Made by a program: the position numbers and the translations under genes
Source: Candidatus Melainabacteria bacterium
GTDB taxonomy: Bacteria; Cyanobacteriota; Vampirovibrionia; 2-02-FULL-35-15
Direction of reading: 5' to 3'
Assembly: GCA_023250195.1 (NCBI GenBank)
Contig: JAHFBF010000004.1
Location: forward strand, 5,675 to 69,674
DNA: 64,000 nt
Shown: piece after piece, positions 59,154 through 64,000 of the stretch
Layout: each line of letters opens with the position of its first letter
Position numbering within the stretch: position 1 is the first letter of the stretch
The notes under the pieces: model-generated
Databases searched by the model: none
What the model was told of the DNA's origin: nothing
What the model saw: only the letters and a program-made list of their open reading frames with translations

Positions 59154-59918
59154 ATGACTCTTAAACAAAGTTTAACCAAAGCAAAACTAATTGATAATGT
59201 AGAACTCGGGAAAGATTATTATGTAAGTTGGTTTCATATTCCAGAACTTACGAAAAACATAAATCCCGGTCAGTTTGTAATGATGGAGTCCGGACAATAT
59301 CTCTTAAGACCTTTCAGCGTATATGAAACAAAAGGGGATAGTGCCGGGTTCCTTTATCGGGTAATCGGTGGCGGAACCAGCTTTCTTAGTAGACTAAAAA
59401 TCGGAAATGAAGTTTTAATACATGGACCGCTTGGCAGGGGTTTTACATATCCACAGAATAAAAACAAATCAATTTTAATCGTGGCCGGCGGAATAGGAAT
59501 AGCTACTTTTCCACTTGTAGCAAGAATAGCATCTGAAAATGGGTACAAAATAAAGACTTTATTTGGGGCAAGAAGTAAAAATGATCTTGTCTGCACAGAA
59601 GAATTGAAAAAATATGGAGAAGTAGAATCTATAACTGACGATGGCAGCTCTGGAAGAAAAGGCCTTGTTACTGAACTGTTAACAACTGAATTAATTAAAA
59701 ACAAAGATCAGGAAGTTTTTGTATGCGGTCCAACCCCAATGTTAAAGAGTGTTATAAAAGTTTGTAATGAATTTGGAGTCATAGCACAGGTATCTTTTGA
59801 AGAATATATGGCCTGTGGCTATGGAGTATGCATGTCCTGTGTAATCAAAACAAACGACAAATATCTTAGAACCTGTGTTGATGGTCCTGTTATGAGGTCT
59901 GATATTGTCGCTGTGTAA
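59154..59918 (+). CDS. pyrK: dihydroorotate dehydrogenase electron-transfer subunit
   Basis: FAD/NAD-binding fold and a C-terminal 2Fe-2S motif CGYGVCMSC. ATG at 59154 fits better than the listed 59052 start. Confidence 0.75.
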   Translation: MTLKQSLTKAKLIDNVELGKDYYVSWFHIPELTKNINPGQFVMMESGQYLLRPFSVYETKGDSAGFLYRVIGGGTSFLSRLKIGNEVLIHGPLGRGFTYPQNKNKSILIVAGGIGIATFPLVARIASENGYKIKTLFGARSKNDLVCTEELKKYGEVESITDDGSSGRKGLVTELLTTELIKNKDQEVFVCGPTPMLKSVIKVCNEFGVIAQVSFEEYMACGYGVCMSCVIKTNDKYLRTCVDGPVMRSDIVAV

Positions 59919-59935
59919 AATTAACTGATGCTATG

Positions 59936-60292
59936 TCACTTCTTAGTAGCCAATTCTTTATCAATCTTCTGTAAAAACTGTTGCATTACGCTTATTAACT
60001 CGTTCAGTTCAAATATTTTTAATAAGTTATCAGATCCGTTTAAACCTTCGATTGGTTTTAAAATTTCTTTTACATTTTCATCAATTATATTTTTTGCACC
60101 AAGTGATTCAAAAGAAACTGTTTGATTGTTTTCCAGCCTAATTAATGCTGAATGCCCTACTTCCTGAACTGGATCAAGATAGTTAAACATTCCTGAAATT
60201 ACAACTTTACTACTAATGTGTTCAGCACTTAAATCAATTTCACGTCCTGAACTTAAAATATATTTTCTATTTGAAAAAATTGCTTTACGCAT
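59936..60292 (-). CDS. hypothetical protein immediately downstream of, and overlapping, the DNA methyltransferase gene (possible R-M partner)
   Basis: 118 aa with no motif. It overlaps the MTase stop by 8 nt. Confidence 0.4.
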   Translation of the reverse strand: MRKAIFSNRKYILSSGREIDLSAEHISSKVVISGMFNYLDPVQEVGHSALIRLENNQTVSFESLGAKNIIDENVKEILKPIEGLNGSDNLLKIFELNELISVMQQFLQKIDKELATKK

Positions 60293-61127
60293 AGTTAGTA
60301 TATTTTACTACAGAAGAAACACTTACTGAACAATCTGTACTGTTTTTTACTTCTTTAAACCTTTTTTTGGAGAGCTCAACATATTTCTTCTCTATATCAA
60401 TTCCTATAAATCTTCTGTTAAGCCTATAGGCAGCGATTCCAGTAGTACAACTACCGCAAAATGGATCAAGTATTAAATCTCCTTCTTTTGTACTTGCAAG
60501 GATAATTCTATTTAAGAGATCAACTGGTTTTTGAGCAGGATGTTTACCAAATTCTTTTTCATTTTTTTTTGGTGAAGTTAGTGCCCAGACAGAGCGCATT
60601 TGCATCTTTGGTCTTTTTAATTTATCTTCTGACCAGATACCATTTTTCATTAATTTATAATTAAAATAGTGCTTGGATTTCTTATCCTTTTTTGCCCATA
60701 GAAGGGTTTCATGGCTGGATGTAAAATACCTGCAGCTTATATTTGGTGGAGCATTTGGTTTAAACCAGCATATGTCATTCAGCAGCTGAAATTTCAATAA
60801 TTGCAAAACATAACCGCATAAATAAATAGAATGATAGGTACCACTAATCCATATAGTTCCTGTTGGTTTTAAAACTCTTTTGCATTCAGTAAGCCACTTT
60901 TTATGGAACTCGAAATCTTTTTCAACACCTTTGCTTATATCCCACTTCCCTTTATTTACAGATGCTCTTTTACCTGAATGACAGGTAAACCCATTATTTG
61001 AAAGAAGATAAGGGGGATCTGCAAAAATACAATCGAAGGTATTTTCATCATAGTTTTTTAGTACATCCAGACAATCTCCTAAGTAGAGTTTATATCTATC
61101 TTCAATTTCAAAAATAGGTTTATTCAT
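60285..61127 (-). CDS. DNA methyltransferase (N6-adenine/N4-cytosine, beta-class)
   Basis: Motif IV IFADPPY near the N-terminus and motif I DPFCGSCTTGIAA near the C-terminus. Confidence 0.8.
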   Translation of the reverse strand: MNKPIFEIEDRYKLYLGDCLDVLKNYDENTFDCIFADPPYLLSNNGFTCHSGKRASVNKGKWDISKGVEKDFEFHKKWLTECKRVLKPTGTIWISGTYHSIYLCGYVLQLLKFQLLNDICWFKPNAPPNISCRYFTSSHETLLWAKKDKKSKHYFNYKLMKNGIWSEDKLKRPKMQMRSVWALTSPKKNEKEFGKHPAQKPVDLLNRIILASTKEGDLILDPFCGSCTTGIAAYRLNRRFIGIDIEKKYVELSKKRFKEVKNSTDCSVSVSSVVKYTNYA

Positions 61128-61350
61128 AAGTTGATAGTTTTTAGTATATCTGATTAAGCTGTCCTGGCAATGAAGTGAAGCGAAATCATCTGTTTGGCTG
61201 ACAGGCTATCTCTATTTGGTTGCCAGACTGCAATACAGGGTACAAAGTAAGCAGGTAAATATGAGATTTAGGGATAGCTCTATTGTTGGATTTTTTGAGA
61301 ATAAGGCCGAAATAACTAATTAAGGGGATGTTCTTATCTTTGTTAAAACC

Positions 61351-62286
61351 TTGAAAGAAAGCAATTTAAAAACCAGTAATGAAATAAAAATCATTGATGA
61401 AAAATTGTTCGATGATGGTTTATCTATTGAAGTGAACGTACCCATTGATGATTCGGTTAAATTATATTTAAAAGAAATTGGAAAAGTGTCTTTGTTACGG
61501 CCGCTTGAAGAATTAGAAATTTCAAAATTAATTACTGCTGGTGGAAGTGGTGCCAACGCAGCAAAAAGAAAATTGATACAGGCAAATCTAAGACTTGTAG
61601 TTTCAATTGCCAAAAGATATTTAGGCAGAGGGCTTAATTTCCTTGATTTAATTCAGGAAGGAAATATTGGACTTATGAAAGCTGCTGAAAAATTTGATGG
61701 TGAAAGAGGTTTTAAGTTTTCAACCTATGCAACCTGGTGGATAAAACAATCTATTACAAGAGCAATTGCAGATAAAGCTCACACTATTAGAGTCCCTGTT
61801 CATATGGTAGAAAATCTTTACAGACTTCGTAGAATCAGCAATGATCTCACAAATCAATTAAACAGAAAACCTACTGATGATGAGCTTGCTGTTGCAATGA
61901 AAGTTACAAAAGACAGGCTTGATGAAATACTAAAAGCAATTAAAGAGCCAATTTCACTGGAAATGCCTGTTGGAAAAGAAGAAGATGTAAAACTCTCTGA
62001 TTTTATAGAAGATGAAACAGTCTTAAAGCCTGAAGAACATGTATTAAACGAATTTTTAAAGACTGATCTAAATAAAGCACTTGAAGAATTAAATGAAAGA
62101 GAAAGACATTTAATTAATTTACGATTTGGACTTGAAGATGGTCAGCAAAGATCTTTAGACGAAGTAAGCAGGCTTTTTCAAATACCACGCGAACGGGCCA
62201 GGCAGATAGAATTTAAAGCATTAAGAAAATTAAGACATCCTATCAGAAGCGGGAAGCTAAGAGATTATTTGGAAGATGACAAATAG
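61351..62286 (+). CDS. rpoD: RNA polymerase sigma-70 factor (short primary-type, regions 1.2-4)
   Basis: [56 protein letters not shown] (regions 2.x-3.0) and a region 4 HTH. TTG start uncertain. Confidence 0.75.
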   Translation: MKESNLKTSNEIKIIDEKLFDDGLSIEVNVPIDDSVKLYLKEIGKVSLLRPLEELEISKLITAGGSGANAAKRKLIQANLRLVVSIAKRYLGRGLNFLDLIQEGNIGLMKAAEKFDGERGFKFSTYATWWIKQSITRAIADKAHTIRVPVHMVENLYRLRRISNDLTNQLNRKPTDDELAVAMKVTKDRLDEILKAIKEPISLEMPVGKEEDVKLSDFIEDETVLKPEEHVLNEFLKTDLNKALEELNERERHLINLRFGLEDGQQRSLDEVSRLFQIPRERARQIEFKALRKLRHPIRSGKLRDYLEDDK

Positions 62287-62308
62287 AAGCGCGATTAATC
62301 GCGCTTCT
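62285..62308. terminator. hairpin AGAAGCGCGATTAATCGCGCTTCT downstream of the sigma factor
   Basis: Perfect palindrome sharing the core CGCGATTAATCGCG with 42448-42475. Confidence 0.45.
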
Positions 62309-62816
62309 ACTGATAGGCATTTACCTTAATAGACTTAAATGTTTGCCCGTCACTGTATAAAACAGTCCTAATACCTATTACACCTACATGATGTTTTTTC
62401 CTTTTATCTAACTGCATTTCATAACTTATAACACCAGGTTCAAAAAAATGACTTACAAAATGAGCATTTTTAATTTGTTTTCTGTACCTTCCACGTTCTT
62501 TCCTTGGATAAAGTATATCTGCAATAACATTCGCTTCTTTTTCTGAAGTCATCTCTTTTTTAACTTTATCTCCTCTTGGTCTTGCTGCTTCAGAAAATGA
62601 TTTGCCATCTCTGTAAATAGCCTCTACCTGCCAGCCATATAAAGGGAAATTATATGTTTTCTTACCAGAGAAATTTCTATTGCTTTCAGAAAATTGTTTT
62701 GATGATAATTCACTGCCGTATTGTCTTTGATTTTCTTTTACACTATTTCCAAGTCTTGCTTGTGCAGGGCATGCAAAAAGAAATAGAGAAACAAGAACAT
62801 AAAGAAGTAATCTCAT
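62307..62816 (-). CDS. secreted hypothetical protein
   Basis: The signal peptide MRLLLYVLVSLFLFACPAQA starts at the internal Met. The longer track ORF to 63020 runs into a MITE. Confidence 0.45.
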   Translation of the reverse strand: MRLLLYVLVSLFLFACPAQARLGNSVKENQRQYGSELSSKQFSESNRNFSGKKTYNFPLYGWQVEAIYRDGKSFSEAARPRGDKVKKEMTSEKEANVIADILYPRKERGRYRKQIKNAHFVSHFFEPGVISYEMQLDKRKKHHVGVIGIRTVLYSDGQTFKSIKVNAYQ

Positions 62817-62834
62817 AACGTTAACAGATTGCCA

Positions 62835-62942
62835 TGTTGCTGAGGAGTTTACCCTGAGCAAAGCGTGAGGGCAGCTCCTCGCAATGACGTGATTCGATAT
62901 CAATTTTGTGAGATTCTTCGTCGCTTTGCTCCTCAGAATGAC
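62835..62942. repeat. C/B hybrid MITE
   Basis: ctcctcgcaatgacg...gagattcttcgtcgctttgctcctcagaatgac. Confidence 0.6.
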
Positions 62943-62952
62943 AAATATCTCC

Positions 62953-64000
62953 TCATGCTTCATGTTTCCCTTTAGCCCAGACGCCAACACTAAAAATATA
63001 AGCATAACAAGCAAATGCAATTAACATGCCAATATACCAATTTGGTTTTTGAATTGAACCTGTGATTTCAGCTACTTTAGCAATCAATGGTCCAACTACT
63101 GCTCCTCCAATAATTGCAGTACAAAGTATTCCTGAAACTATTCCGGAATATTCTTTTTTATATGACTCAATTGCTAAACCATAAATAGATGGAAACATGA
63201 TTGAAATAAAAAAACCAATCATTGGAAATGCCCACAAAACAATCGTTAAATTTTTTGCAAATATTGCACAGGCAAGTGAAGCAGCAGCACCGGAAATATA
63301 AATTTTAATTGCTCTCTTTGTCGGTGTTCTATCTAAAACAAAGCTTCCCAATAATCTACCAAGAAGTAATCCCAGCCAGTAATTGGCAATGGTTGAATTT
63401 TTTATAGCCTCTGCATTTGTTCCTAAAACATTTGTAACTTTATGGATGTCTTCCAGGAATAAACTAATATTATTTGCAACACCTACTTCTACCCCTACAT
63501 AAAGAAAAATTGCAAGCGCATACATAATCATAATCGGATCTTTTAGAAGAATTACAAAGCTTTTCTGTGACTTCTGCTCTTTAGTGCTGGAAGCTTTTTC
63601 TTCAGGATATTTTGGAAATGCCAGACAAAACAACATTACTATCGAAACGATTGTAAAAATCCAGTAAGTATAATTCCATTCCAATCCTCTCAATTTAACA
63701 AAAGTAACTACATGAGGAGCAATATACGATCCAACTCCAAATAGCACCATAAACAAAGTAAGATTTCGTGAATATTTCTCCGGGTTGCTTACTTCTTTAA
63801 CAAGCGGGTTTGCAGAAACCTGAATAGCAGTAATGCCAACACCGCAGATAAACATTGCAATCATATTTGAATAATATCCCGGTACACTTGCAAACATTAA
63901 TACGCCAATTGTCGTAATTAAAGAACCGAAAATTAAAGTAAACTTTGTCCCGGATTTGTTTATCAAAACCCCAAATGGGACAGAAGTAAGTCCATAGGCA
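62953..64000 (-). CDS. MFS transporter; 5' end lies beyond the window
   Basis: More than 12 TM segments. The frame stays open upstream of the TTG at 63966 to the window edge (..AYGLTSVPFGVLINK..). Confidence 0.7.
   Translation of the reverse strand, partial: AYGLTSVPFGVLINKSGTKFTLIFGSLITTIGVLMFASVPGYYSNMIAMFICGVGITAIQVSANPLVKEVSNPEKYSRNLTLFMVLFGVGSYIAPHVVTFVKLRGLEWNYTYWIFTIVSIVMLFCLAFPKYPEEKASSTKEQKSQKSFVILLKDPIMIMYALAIFLYVGVEVGVANNISLFLEDIHKVTNVLGTNAEAIKNSTIANYWLGLLLGRLLGSFVLDRTPTKRAIKIYISGAAASLACAIFAKNLTIVLWAFPMIGFFISIMFPSIYGLAIESYKKEYSGIVSGILCTAIIGGAVVGPLIAKVAEITGSIQKPNWYIGMLIAFACYAYIFSVGVWAKGKHEA

Noticed and set aside
62817-63020. N-terminal 68 aa of the listed 237-aa ORF 62307..63020
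   Set aside because: This portion is read through a C/B hybrid MITE. The real gene most likely starts at the signal-peptide Met at 62816.

Overview
AT-rich bacterial chromosomal segment. The housekeeping backbone includes the rimP-nusA-ylxR-infB-rbfA-truB operon, secE-nusG, ispH, guaA, fmt, pyrB, gcvPA, a nuoHIJK mini-cluster, clpC, folP, divergent etfA/etfB, nnr, lnt, ruvC, secG, pyrK, a short rpoD-like sigma factor, two tRNAs, and a two-component system with an HD-GYP gene. Several families of MITE-like palindromic repeats fill nearly every intergenic gap. They produce spurious ORFs with the peptide WIPAFAGMT and appear to have inserted in frame into at least two genes (folP and a SagB-like oxidoreductase). 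Three accessory regions stand out. (1) A plus-strand locus at 28.2-36.1 kb encodes five paralogous ~200-aa secreted pilin-like proteins, a 916-aa usher-like beta-rich outer-membrane protein and a PapD-like chaperone. This is a candidate uncharacterised chaperone-usher-type surface-fibre system, with a shared 25-30 bp motif (one copy inverted) and MITEs between the paralogs. (2) A tRNA-Ser-adjacent island encodes two paralogous Cys-rich secreted proteins, one with a Kazal inhibitor domain and a C-terminal Hint/bacterial-intein-like domain, plus an ORF6N protein. (3) A candidate small R-M module. Other oddities are a degenerate APS-kinase-like gene coupled to an alkaline-phosphatase-superfamily gene, a SagB-type tandem nitroreductase translationally coupled to pyrB, and a ylxR homologue with an apparent AUU start. 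All calls come from reading the sequence and translations; no database searches were run.
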